A stretch of DNA of 64,000 bases, taken from contig JBMFRB010000004.1 of the NCBI GenBank assembly GCA_049968255.1, positions 228,986 to 292,985 of the forward strand, written 5' to 3'. A program made the translations under genes and the position numbers. The notes under the pieces are model-generated. The model did not search any database and was not told the DNA's origin. It saw only the letters and a program-made list of their open reading frames with translations. Below are positions 27,869 to 36,977 of this stretch, piece by piece; position 1 is the first letter of the stretch; every line of letters begins with the position of its first letter. This stretch comes from Candidatus Sumerlaeaceae bacterium. GTDB lineage: Bacteria; Sumerlaeota; Sumerlaeia; Sumerlaeales; Sumerlaeaceae.

Positions 27869-29113
27869 CTAGAACCATCGCCGCCGCGATGGCGGATCAG
27901 CAATTGACAGAACCTTGCCCGTAATCGCCTCGCGAGGCACAAGGCAGGCTTTATCCCAATCCCTAAAGATCCATCCGCGCTGAAAAAGCGTCGGCGGCTC
28001 GCCTGCAATGAGACTCGCGAACGCGTCTCGAGGAATGACGGTGACAGGCAAAAAATAGTACCGCTCGGGAATTGCGAACCGGAAAGGCACAGTCAGGTTA
28101 TCTGCTCCGAAGGGATAAAGAGAACGAGAAAGCAGTTGTCCGTTCCTCAAAATCAGAGGAGGAGAAATCTGGATCGTGTCCCCTCCGACACCGCAAACAC
28201 GCTGGAAATAATCTTGGATATTGATAACAAATGTTTCGCTACTCAATGTTCCCGGTTTTTCGACCACAAAACGCGGCGGATCAAAGTGAACAACCTCGCC
28301 GAGCTGGGGCGAGCGGAACCAATAGGCGCCGTACCAAACAAGCAAGAGATCACCGGCTCGCAGCTCGGTGAAATCCAAATCCTTTGTAACGCGAACTAAC
28401 GCAAACACTCGCCCACTTCCGCGCAGCCCCGCTACAGGCACAAGCAGACCTAGCGCGACACCCGCAATGGCTGCCCACGTTTTCCATCCAACGGTTTTGT
28501 GTCGAAGTCGGCCGACCGAGCTGAGGACCACCAACACAAAAAACGTTCCAGAAAGGAAAAGAAAGGGCAGCAAAAATTGAAAAGCGGTGAACAGGCACCC
28601 CGCATAGAAGACCATCGCAAACCACGCGGCAACGCTGTTGCGAAATGACCATGTTTCGCCATTGATCCGGATGGCCGTGACGAAAGCGTCAGTTGCAACT
28701 GTGATCCAGAGCAACAGCAGGAGGAGCAAAAAACAATTGCTCCACCATGCTCGGAGATTCAATAGCGCCACTCCGACGCCGAGCCAAAACGCTCCCCCGA
28801 ACAGACCTGCTTTTCTCCACTGAGAATTATAAATTTGCCCCAGCGGGGGAAAAATACTCAGATTGGCGGCAAGCCACGGATGCCTGTAGGGAAGCGCCCG
28901 GCTTGGCAGTTGCCAAAATTTTTGAAATATCCGGTGGCCCCATAGCTGTTCAACAAAACCTAGAAGCCTCTCTCTAAGGGATTCTCTGAGGAGAGAAAGC
29001 CGGAGTTTGCGCGGCTGGGGTGTTTGCCATTCTGGATCAAGGACACTATTGCAGCGTACGCAGCGCGTATTCTCGTCAGGATTGCGAAAGCTGCAAAGCT
29101 TGCACACCTTCAT
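27869..29113 (-). CDS. Zinc-ribbon membrane protein with degenerate S26 signal-peptidase-like domain
   Basis: CKLC...CVRC, PWLAANLSIFPPLGQIYN, several TM helices, then GDLLLV, P..GEVVHF.PP, YFQRVCGVGGDTI and LVPREAITGKV; start moved to the ATG at 29113. Confidence 0.75.
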   Translation of the reverse strand: MKVCKLCSFRNPDENTRCVRCNSVLDPEWQTPQPRKLRLSLLRESLRERLLGFVEQLWGHRIFQKFWQLPSRALPYRHPWLAANLSIFPPLGQIYNSQWRKAGLFGGAFWLGVGVALLNLRAWWSNCFLLLLLLLWITVATDAFVTAIRINGETWSFRNSVAAWFAMVFYAGCLFTAFQFLLPFLFLSGTFFVLVVLSSVGRLRHKTVGWKTWAAIAGVALGLLVPVAGLRGSGRVFALVRVTKDLDFTELRAGDLLLVWYGAYWFRSPQLGEVVHFDPPRFVVEKPGTLSSETFVINIQDYFQRVCGVGGDTIQISPPLILRNGQLLSRSLYPFGADNLTVPFRFAIPERYYFLPVTVIPRDAFASLIAGEPPTLFQRGWIFRDWDKACLVPREAITGKVLSIADPPSRRRWF

Positions 29114-29123
29114 AGGATATCGG

Positions 29124-29348
29124 CTATCCTTGCTCGCGTCCTTGCTGCAACTCCTGTGTTCGAGTGCCTGCCAGCTTAACGTCACGCTCCCACGGCGGCG
29201 GCTCGAACTTTACGAAATGCGAAATCGGTCCCAGCACCTCCTCAAGAAAGACTCGGAAGTCGCGCAGCCGCTGCTCGTCGGCCCCATCGATGCAAATTTC
29301 GATCTGGCCGCGTTTTGTGACTGTCACCCGAATGTTCTCGTATGGCAT
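29124..29348 (-). CDS. Small protein, DUF2997-like
   Basis: IRVTVTKRGQIEICIDG...FLEEVLG pattern resembles DUF2997 proteins; 74 aa; 10 nt upstream of the next gene. Confidence 0.55.
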   Translation of the reverse strand: MPYENIRVTVTKRGQIEICIDGADEQRLRDFRVFLEEVLGPISHFVKFEPPPWERDVKLAGTRTQELQQGREQG

Positions 29349-29445
29349 GCTGCAATGAGCTTTCCCAGACTGGCAACTCTTCGTGGTAACATTGCCGCTT
29401 TTGGTACCTGATTTCTTACGTCGCGTGCACTTCCCCAGACAAATG

Positions 29446-29472
29446 AAAAACAGAGCGAGCCACGCTCGCCCC
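29446..29472 (-). terminator. Probable intrinsic terminator after secG
   Basis: Minus strand GGGCGAGC-GTG-GCTCGCTC-TGTTTTT. Confidence 0.6.
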
Positions 29473-29501
29473 GCAGTTTGTTGGAAGTAGTGCCCCTTTG
29501 C

Positions 29502-29942
29502 TTACTCAGAGCTTTGTGATGAGGACGGCTTTGGGGCCAACGGTGCCGGTGATTGAGCTGGCTTAGGCTGGGCAGTTGTTGTGGCCTGGTTCTGGCCTTC
29601 CGATTTCTGAACGGCCTGTGGAGGTGCCTCAGCAGGGGCAACAGCTGCTGTTGCGCCGTCCCCCCCCATGAGGAACTTCTCGGCGCGGCTGCGGGCAATC
29701 TGTTCGCCGTAGAATGTGAGGGCAATTGTCAGTACGACAAAAGCTATAGCCGCATTGCGGGTCCATTTGCGCAGCGCGGTGCTCGCGGCTCCAAAGCCGA
29801 AAGTCTCACCGATGGCCGAAGCACCCGCGAGTCCTGAGAGCCCTCCACCTTTGCCTTCCTGAGCAAGGATGACCAGGATAAGAAACAGACACGCAAAAAA
29901 GTAAATCACGAGCAGCACGTAAAAGCCGATCAGCATTAACAT
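29502..29942 (-). CDS. secG: Preprotein translocase subunit SecG
   Basis: Two TM helices flanking LILVILAQEGKGGGLSG...FG...LRKWT; Pro/Ala/Gln-rich tail. Confidence 0.9.
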   Translation of the reverse strand: MLMLIGFYVLLVIYFFACLFLILVILAQEGKGGGLSGLAGASAIGETFGFGAASTALRKWTRNAAIAFVVLTIALTFYGEQIARSRAEKFLMGGDGATAAVAPAEAPPQAVQKSEGQNQATTTAQPKPAQSPAPLAPKPSSSQSSE

Positions 29943-30226
29943 CTTTGCCTAGATTCCTCTCGCCAGAAACAAGCTTCTGGAAATTTCGAAAAAACGTCAC
30001 ATCTTTCCGCGCAACTGCTACAGATTTTCGCAAAAAAAATTGTTGCAGAAGACGAACAAGCGCGTGTATCTGCGTCAAGCACAAGATTGTGCTTCAATGA
30101 TGATGACACATTTTTCTCGATTTCTCGTAGCCCGACAGGTAACGAAAACGTTCATTCAGAGATCCCCTTTTGGTAGGCGGTGCGAAAGTAAGAAGCCAAA
30201 TCCCAAATTACCGTGAAGGAGCAACC

Positions 30227-31681
30227 ATGGGTAAGGTCCCAATTACTGTGGCATACGGCGATGGCATAGGACCGGAAATCATGGACGCCACGCTGCGTAT
30301 ACTCGATGCGGCAGGGGCGCGAATTGCCCCAGAGGTCGTTGAAATCGGCGAAAAAGTTTACCTCCGCGGCATTCCTGAAGGCATTGAGCCCTCTGCTTTC
30401 GAGTCCATACGCCGCACGCGCGTATTTCTCAAGGCCCCCATCACTACACCGCAAGGTGGTGGTTACAAGAGCCTCAACGTAACCACCCGCATGGCATTTG
30501 GTCTTTACGCCAACGTACGGCCGTGCAAATCTTACTATCCTTATGTGAAAACCAAACACCCCGAGCTCGACGTCGTGATCATTCGCGAGAACCAAGAAGA
30601 CCTTTACACCGGGATTGAGCACCAGCAGACACCCGAAGTCGTACAATCTCTCAAGCTTATCTCGCGGCCCGGATGCGAAAAGATTGTTCGTTACGCATTC
30701 GAATACGCGCGTGCCAACAATCGGCGCAAAGTGACCTGTTTTACCAAAGACAACATCATGAAAATGGCGGACGGGCTGTTCCACCGCGTGTTCGATGAGA
30801 TCGGTGCTGACTACCCCGACCTTGAAAAAGAACACTGGATTGTGGACATTGGTGCGGCTAAACTGGCCGACACCCCAGAGCAATTTGACGTTGTGGTCAT
30901 GCCAAACTTATATGGTGATATTCTCTCGGATGTGGCAGCGCAGATTGCAGGAAGCGTTGGGTTGGCCGGTTCCGCAAACGTCGGCGAGCAGTGTGCTATG
31001 TTCGAGGCCATCCACGGCTCGGCTCCGCGGCGTGCGGGACAAAATCTCGCCAACCCTTCGGGGCTGCTCATGGGCGCAGTCATGATGCTCGTGCACATCG
31101 GCCAGCCTGACGTTGCCGAGCGAGTTCAGAACGCTTGGCTCAAAACCATCGAAGATGGAATTCATACCTACGACATCTATAACCCTGCTACCAGTAACCA
31201 GAAGGTTGGAACACGGGAGTTTGCCGACGCAGTCATCGCAAGGCTGGGCGAACTTCCGAGAAAGCTCAAGCCGGTAAAATACGCTGCAAGCACGGTGACC
31301 AAGCCGGCGGCACCGGTCACCATCCACCAGCCCTCTCAAGCGCGTGCACTTCCAGCTGAGCAGACCCTTGTGGGCGTGGATCTTTTCGTGCGCTGGGATG
31401 GCAAGTCGCCCAACGAACTCGCCGATTTCATGGCACCACTTGGTGCAGACGTGTTCGAGCTCACTCGCATTAGCAATCGCGGCCAGCGCGTCTGGCCCAC
31501 TGGTTATGAGGGCACCATGCTCGTCGATCACTGGCGCTGCCGTTTCCTTGCGAAGACTAAACCACTTGCCCCAAAGGCTATCGTGGACCTGTTGAGTCGG
31601 ACCGACGCGAAGGGGATTCAGTTCATCAAGCTTGAGAACCTCTACGAATTCGACGGCAAACCGGCATTCGCCTCGATTTAG
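30227..31681 (+). CDS. icd: NADP-dependent isocitrate dehydrogenase (long form with C-terminal extension)
   Basis: ITVAYGDGIGPEI, KAPITTPQGGGYKSLNV, KDNIMK, NLYGDILSD and FEAIHGSAP; ATG at 30227 after AAGGAG. Confidence 0.95.
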   Translation: MGKVPITVAYGDGIGPEIMDATLRILDAAGARIAPEVVEIGEKVYLRGIPEGIEPSAFESIRRTRVFLKAPITTPQGGGYKSLNVTTRMAFGLYANVRPCKSYYPYVKTKHPELDVVIIRENQEDLYTGIEHQQTPEVVQSLKLISRPGCEKIVRYAFEYARANNRRKVTCFTKDNIMKMADGLFHRVFDEIGADYPDLEKEHWIVDIGAAKLADTPEQFDVVVMPNLYGDILSDVAAQIAGSVGLAGSANVGEQCAMFEAIHGSAPRRAGQNLANPSGLLMGAVMMLVHIGQPDVAERVQNAWLKTIEDGIHTYDIYNPATSNQKVGTREFADAVIARLGELPRKLKPVKYAASTVTKPAAPVTIHQPSQARALPAEQTLVGVDLFVRWDGKSPNELADFMAPLGADVFELTRISNRGQRVWPTGYEGTMLVDHWRCRFLAKTKPLAPKAIVDLLSRTDAKGIQFIKLENLYEFDGKPAFASI

Positions 31682-31710
31682 ACGTGCAGACGTTTCTCCA
31701 GGCCAAAATC

Positions 31711-31749
31711 AATCCCCGCAGATCAAACGAGACTCCTGCGGGGATTTTT
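31711..31749 (+). terminator. Intrinsic terminator after icd
   Basis: AATCCCCGCAG ... CTGCGGGGATT followed by TTT. Confidence 0.75.
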
Positions 31750-31777
31750 CCCTAGCACGTGAATGGGCTGCCAAAGC

Positions 31778-32284
31778 TCAAGAGGCCAGACGTGGATCAA
31801 ATTCTACCTCGGCCGGAGTTTGGGCAGGCTGCTCTTCTTTAGCAGGAGATGCAGAAGGCGGTCCGACGCTTTCATAAAGCACGGGAATGGGCACCTCCTT
31901 TTTTCCATCTGTTTTCGCGGACCTTGCCCCGCTTGGTCGCGCGACCGAGTTCGTGCTCTGCAGTGCGGTTCGGCCTTTGAGGTCATACAACGATTTACCT
32001 CCAGGGGAGCCAACCAGCGCCGTTGTCGTTGATGGTGGCGACGGTAGTGCCTGACTCTGCCCACCAGGAGTCTCACTTTTTCCCCACGATTTCTCCGCTG
32101 AGGCTTTTTTGCTCGCGCGAGCAGGGACTACGGTGATTGTGGAATTGCTCTTTCCCAAAGGCGGCGGCGGCACAAAAACACGCGTTAGTCCAGGGCCAGC
32201 CTGCGAAGCGGTGCCGGCACATCCCGTCAGCCCAATCAGGGCCACGCCTGCACATCCCAGTGTCAGAGCCTTGCCGAGTCTCAC
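31778..32284 (-). CDS. Hypothetical Pro/Ser-rich lipoprotein
   Basis: GGAGG RBS, GTG start, lipobox LTGC after a hydrophobic stretch; low-complexity body. Confidence 0.7.
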   Translation of the reverse strand: MRLGKALTLGCAGVALIGLTGCAGTASQAGPGLTRVFVPPPPLGKSNSTITVVPARASKKASAEKSWGKSETPGGQSQALPSPPSTTTALVGSPGGKSLYDLKGRTALQSTNSVARPSGARSAKTDGKKEVPIPVLYESVGPPSASPAKEEQPAQTPAEVEFDPRLAS

Positions 32285-32367
32285 AATCGTTCCTCCGTCG
32301 TTTCACATGCTCGCCGCAGGTGGTTTTCGGTTTTCCCACGGCCTTTCGTTACTCACACCGCGGCTCT

Positions 32368-33000
32368 TCAAATCTCACCTGAGTTATTCACACACTTATC
32401 CACAGCCTCGAGCTCGTGCCTTTGCAAGTCGATTTCTTCGAGAATTGTCCGAAAAAGTTTCTCATCCGAGTCCTGAGCGATATCGCGATAATACTCCTCC
32501 GTCCGTTCTAGATAACGACGGACCTTAGCGACGTCAGGATTCGTGCGGAGGGAAATGATATTGTCCAGCCGGTCACAGAGCTTGATGAGTCTAATATGCA
32601 GTGGAGCTCGCAGAATCTGTTGCTTATATTGGCTCGCTGAAAGTTGTTTATCACGAGTCGTTTTGCTAAGCGTCTCCACATCGCGCGCAATTGCATTCCC
32701 AAACAGCTCCGCTAGCCGGTACCGCGTCCACTCAGGCGAATCCTCCAGGACATCGTGGAGCAGAGCCGCAACCGTTTGTTCAGGCGTCGCTTGCGGATAG
32801 ACCATGAGAAAGTGGATCGCCACGCGAAGGGGATGAACCATGAACGGTTCTCCGCCATCGCGATATTGCCCCGCATGGGCAGCTTCGGCAATTTCCAGCG
32901 CACGGACGATGTTCTCTTCGCTTCCCCAGCGGTAGCGTGCATATGCTCGCAAAGTGTGTTTGAGTGGCTCCAAATAAAGACGATGAAAACTTTCCATCAT
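32368..33000 (-). CDS. Stand-alone HD-domain small alarmone hydrolase (SAH/Mesh1-like)
   Basis: AHAGQYRDGGEPFMVHPLRVA, ALLHDVLED and IKLCDRLDN motifs of RelA/SpoT hydrolase domains; no synthetase domain. Confidence 0.85.
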   Translation of the reverse strand: MMESFHRLYLEPLKHTLRAYARYRWGSEENIVRALEIAEAAHAGQYRDGGEPFMVHPLRVAIHFLMVYPQATPEQTVAALLHDVLEDSPEWTRYRLAELFGNAIARDVETLSKTTRDKQLSASQYKQQILRAPLHIRLIKLCDRLDNIISLRTNPDVAKVRRYLERTEEYYRDIAQDSDEKLFRTILEEIDLQRHELEAVDKCVNNSGEI

Positions 33001-33824
33001 TTTCTGAACCTTAGGAACAGATCGAAACCAAAGAGTGCATGTGCCAAGCCTTTACGGATAAAAATCCGCCATCGCAAAAAGGAATCTAGGATGAACAGCA
33101 TCCCGCAAATGGCTAGCATGACGGTTTTCAATGGGATGACAAAATGGCTCGCGCTCGCGGCAAGTGTGAACCATTCGCTCAGCCAAACGACTGTGCCTAG
33201 GACTACCATTGCTCCGGCGCTGGCCTCAAGCAGACATCCGTTTCTGAACATCGCATAAAAATCCCACTGGCGTGGTTGATACAATCTTTCGGCACTTGAT
33301 CCAAAAATCAACGTCAGCGGAAGCCCGAGAAGAATATCCCAAAAAAGGCCCCATGAGCCGCTCGCAGAACGTTGCTGGTTTCTCCGAGTCAGCTCTGCTT
33401 CGCGACTATAAGCGTAAGTATGCCGAACCGGTTCGTCACTCGGCCAAGGTTCAAGGATGTATTCGAACTCGTTCGGAGCGACTCGTCGAATCCCAGTAAC
33501 CGCATAAAAATTTTCGCGATAAATTACCGTTGTGGGCACTCCACGCTGAACTGTCACACCGCTAATAAAAGCATCGCGAAGCGGGGTCCACTCTTTCTTC
33601 AATTCGGTAGTTCGAATCCGCAATTCAGGACGGTACGGCTGTCCGTAACCTATGACAAGGTCGCCCGGAATACTGACGTCGGCAAACCGCCAAGCGTGCG
33701 GTGGTTCATGCCAGACAATGGGATCGTACCGGTCGGCTGGAGCCTCAACCTCTTCACCCCTTTCTGGGGTATGTCCGATGTCTTCCGCCACGCGCGTTGT
33801 TCCTCGAGATAATGGCGAGCTCAT
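32997..33824 (-). CDS. Hypothetical protein with C-terminal transmembrane helices
   Basis: 275-aa ORF; soluble N-terminal part and about 3 TM segments; stop overlaps the start of the HD gene (ATGA). Confidence 0.7.
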   Translation of the reverse strand: MSSPLSRGTTRVAEDIGHTPERGEEVEAPADRYDPIVWHEPPHAWRFADVSIPGDLVIGYGQPYRPELRIRTTELKKEWTPLRDAFISGVTVQRGVPTTVIYRENFYAVTGIRRVAPNEFEYILEPWPSDEPVRHTYAYSREAELTRRNQQRSASGSWGLFWDILLGLPLTLIFGSSAERLYQPRQWDFYAMFRNGCLLEASAGAMVVLGTVVWLSEWFTLAASASHFVIPLKTVMLAICGMLFILDSFLRWRIFIRKGLAHALFGFDLFLRFRK

Positions 33825-34105
33825 TCTTCACTGAAATCTTCGCCCCGTGCCTTTGAGCCTAAGTGGCTTATTCCAAATTGTTCAGGCAAACACCAATCGC
33901 CCAAGAACGTGTTCGCTCTGATCACGGGCGGCCTCGGAGAGCGATGTACACTCACCTTCAAAAATGAATCCAAGAACAGGACGCTGGTATCGAAAACACA
34001 TGTTACTTTTGTCCGCCAGCGGGCAAACTTAGCTTTTTTTGCTTTACCCTAGTTCTGGGTTGTGTCATAGCCAGGGGATCAATTTGCCAGAAAAGGAGGC
34101 GCCAC

Positions 34106-35044
34106 ATGACGACATTATCGGTGAACGGCCGGCAGGCCTTTGTTGCCGCGATGTGGATCGTGGTCCTACCTCTTGCGGGTAAAACCGCGGGAGCGATGCC
34201 TGAGGGCACAGCGCAGCGCAAGACTCCGCTGGTTGCGGAAAAGGCGATGCGAACCGCGCAGCGCAACAGTCTCCCTACGGCAAAACGATCGAAGACCCAG
34301 TCGACTCCCTCAGCAAAAGCTGCCTCACCGAAGCCGAATTTTTACGCAGAATCGTCAACAACCGCCAAGAAGCCCGCAACGAAAGGCGGCGGTTCTAGTG
34401 CTCGTTTAGAGAAAACCCGGAAGGCGGTAACTCAAGGTTCTGCCTCGACAGTGGCCGGACCCTCATCGGTACGGCGTTTGCAGCCTGCCAATGTGTCTAT
34501 CGAGACCGCATCTTACTTGCCGCCCGACCAGACCCTTAACCCCCGTGCAAAATCCTTGTTCCGCAGTTCAGGCGAGAGCATCCCTAATCTTTCCCCGCAA
34601 GTGTCTGCCGACACAACAGAAAAGAAAAGCCCTTGGGCCCGTCTTAATCCGTTGAGCCTTTTCGAAAGTCGCAGGCCAAAGTTTGTTCCAAGTGGCTATA
34701 TTCAAACGGGAATCGCCTCTTGGTATGGTTCGGATTTTCACGGAGGTCCAACAGCATCAGGAGAGCGCTATGATATGCACGAGCTCACGGCCGCCCATCC
34801 CTCACTCCCATTCGGGACACTGCTCCAGGTTACGAATCTGCGAAACGGCAAAAAAGTTGTTGTGAGGGTCAACAACCGTGGCCCTTATGTTCGCAACCGG
34901 ATCCTTGATCTCTCAAAGGAAGCTGCACGTCAGTTGGGAATGGTGGGATCAGGTCTGGCTAAAGTGCGTGTCGAGGTGTTGGAAGCAGTAGAGCCCGTTG
35001 GCGTCTGGGGCCAGCAGGCACTTCGAAAGCTAGCTCGGCAATAG
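34106..35044 (+). CDS. rlpA: RlpA family lytic transglycosylase (DPBB domain)
   Basis: GIASWYGSDFHG..TASGERY, TAAHPSLPFGT and VRVNNRGPY...RILDLS; AGGAGG RBS; long Lys/Ser/Ala-rich N-terminal region. Confidence 0.88.
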   Translation: MTTLSVNGRQAFVAAMWIVVLPLAGKTAGAMPEGTAQRKTPLVAEKAMRTAQRNSLPTAKRSKTQSTPSAKAASPKPNFYAESSTTAKKPATKGGGSSARLEKTRKAVTQGSASTVAGPSSVRRLQPANVSIETASYLPPDQTLNPRAKSLFRSSGESIPNLSPQVSADTTEKKSPWARLNPLSLFESRRPKFVPSGYIQTGIASWYGSDFHGGPTASGERYDMHELTAAHPSLPFGTLLQVTNLRNGKKVVVRVNNRGPYVRNRILDLSKEAARQLGMVGSGLAKVRVEVLEAVEPVGVWGQQALRKLARQ

Positions 35045-35098
35045 CCCTGGAACGATGTGGACGAGGAGAGCCGTGCCAGAACTGCGGCCCTTTTTATT

Positions 35099-35932
35099 TT
35101 AGCCCTTGTGCTCATTGGTCTGACGGGCGGTCTTGACGGCCTCTGCCAGCTCGTGCAACCACGCTCCCACATCGCGAATCGCGTCCTCGAGGTCTGAAGC
35201 CGCTCTAATTCTCTCAATGAGCGCGCTTCCGACGACGGCTCCATCAGCCAGTCGAGCCACTTCCTGGGCCTGGAAGGCAGTCGCAATACCGAACCCGACG
35301 ACAACGGGAAGGTTGGTAAGCAGACGCAACTCGGACAATGGGCCCTCAATGGCGAACCTAGTGTCCGCTCGCGCACCCGTCACGCCTTTCACGGAAATGT
35401 AGTACAGAAATCCCGATGCCCGCTCGACGATTACTTTCTTTCTTTCGAATGGCGTGGTGGGAGCCACTAATTCAATCAAGTGGAGTCCACGTGCACTGAG
35501 AGCGGGTCTCACGCTGTCAGTCTCTTCTACTGGCACATCGGGAATGAGAACAGCGTCTGCTCCGACTTGGGCCGCGTCCGCAGCAAACTGCTCCAAACCA
35601 TAATGGAAGAAAGGGTTAAACGCTCCAAACAGTACTATCGGCGTTTCGAATTCGCGTCGGAATTCCGCCACGACGTCAAGCACGCTTCGCAGAGAGGCTC
35701 CTTGTTCAAGAGCCACTTTGCACGCAGCTTGAATCGTAGGTCCATCGGCGATGGGATCACTGAACGGCACCCCCAGCTCGATGATATCGGCACCATTTTC
35801 GGCGAGCATTTTCAAAAGGGGCAAAGTCCACGTCAGCTGTGGAAAGCCCGCGGTGAGGTAGGGGACAAGAGCAGCCTCGTTTCGTTCTCTCAATCTCACA
35901 AAGATCGTATCGATGCGATTTGCGTCAGCCAT
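35099..35932 (-). CDS. trpA: Tryptophan synthase alpha chain
   Basis: YLTAGFP, IELGVPFSDPIADGPTIQ, LVAPTT, GVTGAR, VGFGI and ADGAVVGSA motifs. Confidence 0.97.
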   Translation of the reverse strand: MADANRIDTIFVRLRERNEAALVPYLTAGFPQLTWTLPLLKMLAENGADIIELGVPFSDPIADGPTIQAACKVALEQGASLRSVLDVVAEFRREFETPIVLFGAFNPFFHYGLEQFAADAAQVGADAVLIPDVPVEETDSVRPALSARGLHLIELVAPTTPFERKKVIVERASGFLYYISVKGVTGARADTRFAIEGPLSELRLLTNLPVVVGFGIATAFQAQEVARLADGAVVGSALIERIRAASDLEDAIRDVGAWLHELAEAVKTARQTNEHKG

Positions 35933-36113
35933 TTTTCCTTGTCCTTAGCAAAGAGAACCATGCGTACATGCATACCTCAACGTCTGTGCACCTGAGCAAA
36001 GAGATTCTCCACATTCAGGTGAAGCGAAAAGTGCAGAAAATTGTTGCGCCCCCTGCATTTCGTGCCATTGCTCGCAATAACTAATCTCAGCCCAGAGAAA
36101 TTGGTGAGCCCCC

Positions 36114-36977
36114 ATGCCGCTGATCGTTGACAAACGCGAGCTCGCGCCACGAACGCACTACTTTCGCGTGAAAGTCCCTCTCGTCGCGACCCACGCCCAA
36201 CCTGGACAATTTATCATTTTGCGTGTCCACGAGCGCGGCGAACGAATCCCGCTAACGATTGCCGATAGCAATCCGCAAGATGGGACTGTTACACTTATTG
36301 TCCAGGAGATTGGTGCGACAACAAAGCAGCTTGCGAAGCTGCACTCGGGCGACGAAATCCGGGATATCCTCGGACCTCTGGGCACCCCCTCTGAAATCGA
36401 AAAATTCGGAACAGTCCTCCTTCTTGGAGGGGGCTTTGGAATAGCGGCTATTCACCCCATTGCCAAAGCGCTTCGCAAAGTAGGCAACACAATTGTTTCG
36501 ATCATTGGAGCCCGGACACGGGATCTCCTTATCATGGAAAACGAGATGAGAGCAGTGTCGGACGAGTTGGTCATTATGACTGACGACGGCTCCTACGGTC
36601 GACAAGGATTTGTTATCGAGCCGCTTCGGGAACTGATCGAAGAAGGCAGACAGATCGATCGCGTCATTGCAATTGGCCCACTGCCCATGATGCGGGCTGT
36701 AGCCGAGCTCACTCGCCCTTACCGCATCAAAACTGTTGCCAGCCTAAATCCGGTGATGGTTGACGGCACAGGTATGTGCGGGGGATGCCGGGTTACGGTG
36801 GGTCAGACAAGCAAGTTCGCCTGTGTGGATGGTCCCGAGTTCGATGCCCACCTGGTTGATTTCGACGAGTTGGCTGCGCGAACGCAAATGTACCGCGATT
36901 TCGAAAAAGTTCATGTTTGCCGAATTGAAGAGCGCCTTCAACAGCTCGAAAGTAGGGAAAGTGTAGCGGGACAATGA
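36114..36977 (+). CDS. nfnA: NfnA-type FAD/NAD-binding 2Fe-2S subunit (electron-bifurcating transhydrogenase small subunit)
   Basis: PGQFIIL, GERIPLTIAD, GPLG, GGGFG, DGTGMCGGCRV and ACVDGPEF motifs. Confidence 0.88.
   Translation: MPLIVDKRELAPRTHYFRVKVPLVATHAQPGQFIILRVHERGERIPLTIADSNPQDGTVTLIVQEIGATTKQLAKLHSGDEIRDILGPLGTPSEIEKFGTVLLLGGGFGIAAIHPIAKALRKVGNTIVSIIGARTRDLLIMENEMRAVSDELVIMTDDGSYGRQGFVIEPLRELIEEGRQIDRVIAIGPLPMMRAVAELTRPYRIKTVASLNPVMVDGTGMCGGCRVTVGQTSKFACVDGPEFDAHLVDFDELAARTQMYRDFEKVHVCRIEERLQQLESRESVAGQ

Noticed and set aside
33825-34005. Possible 6S RNA or c-di-GMP riboswitch (GGCAAAC words)
   Set aside because: No long terminal pairing or GEMM P2/P3 architecture could be built by eye; an Infernal/Rfam scan would be needed
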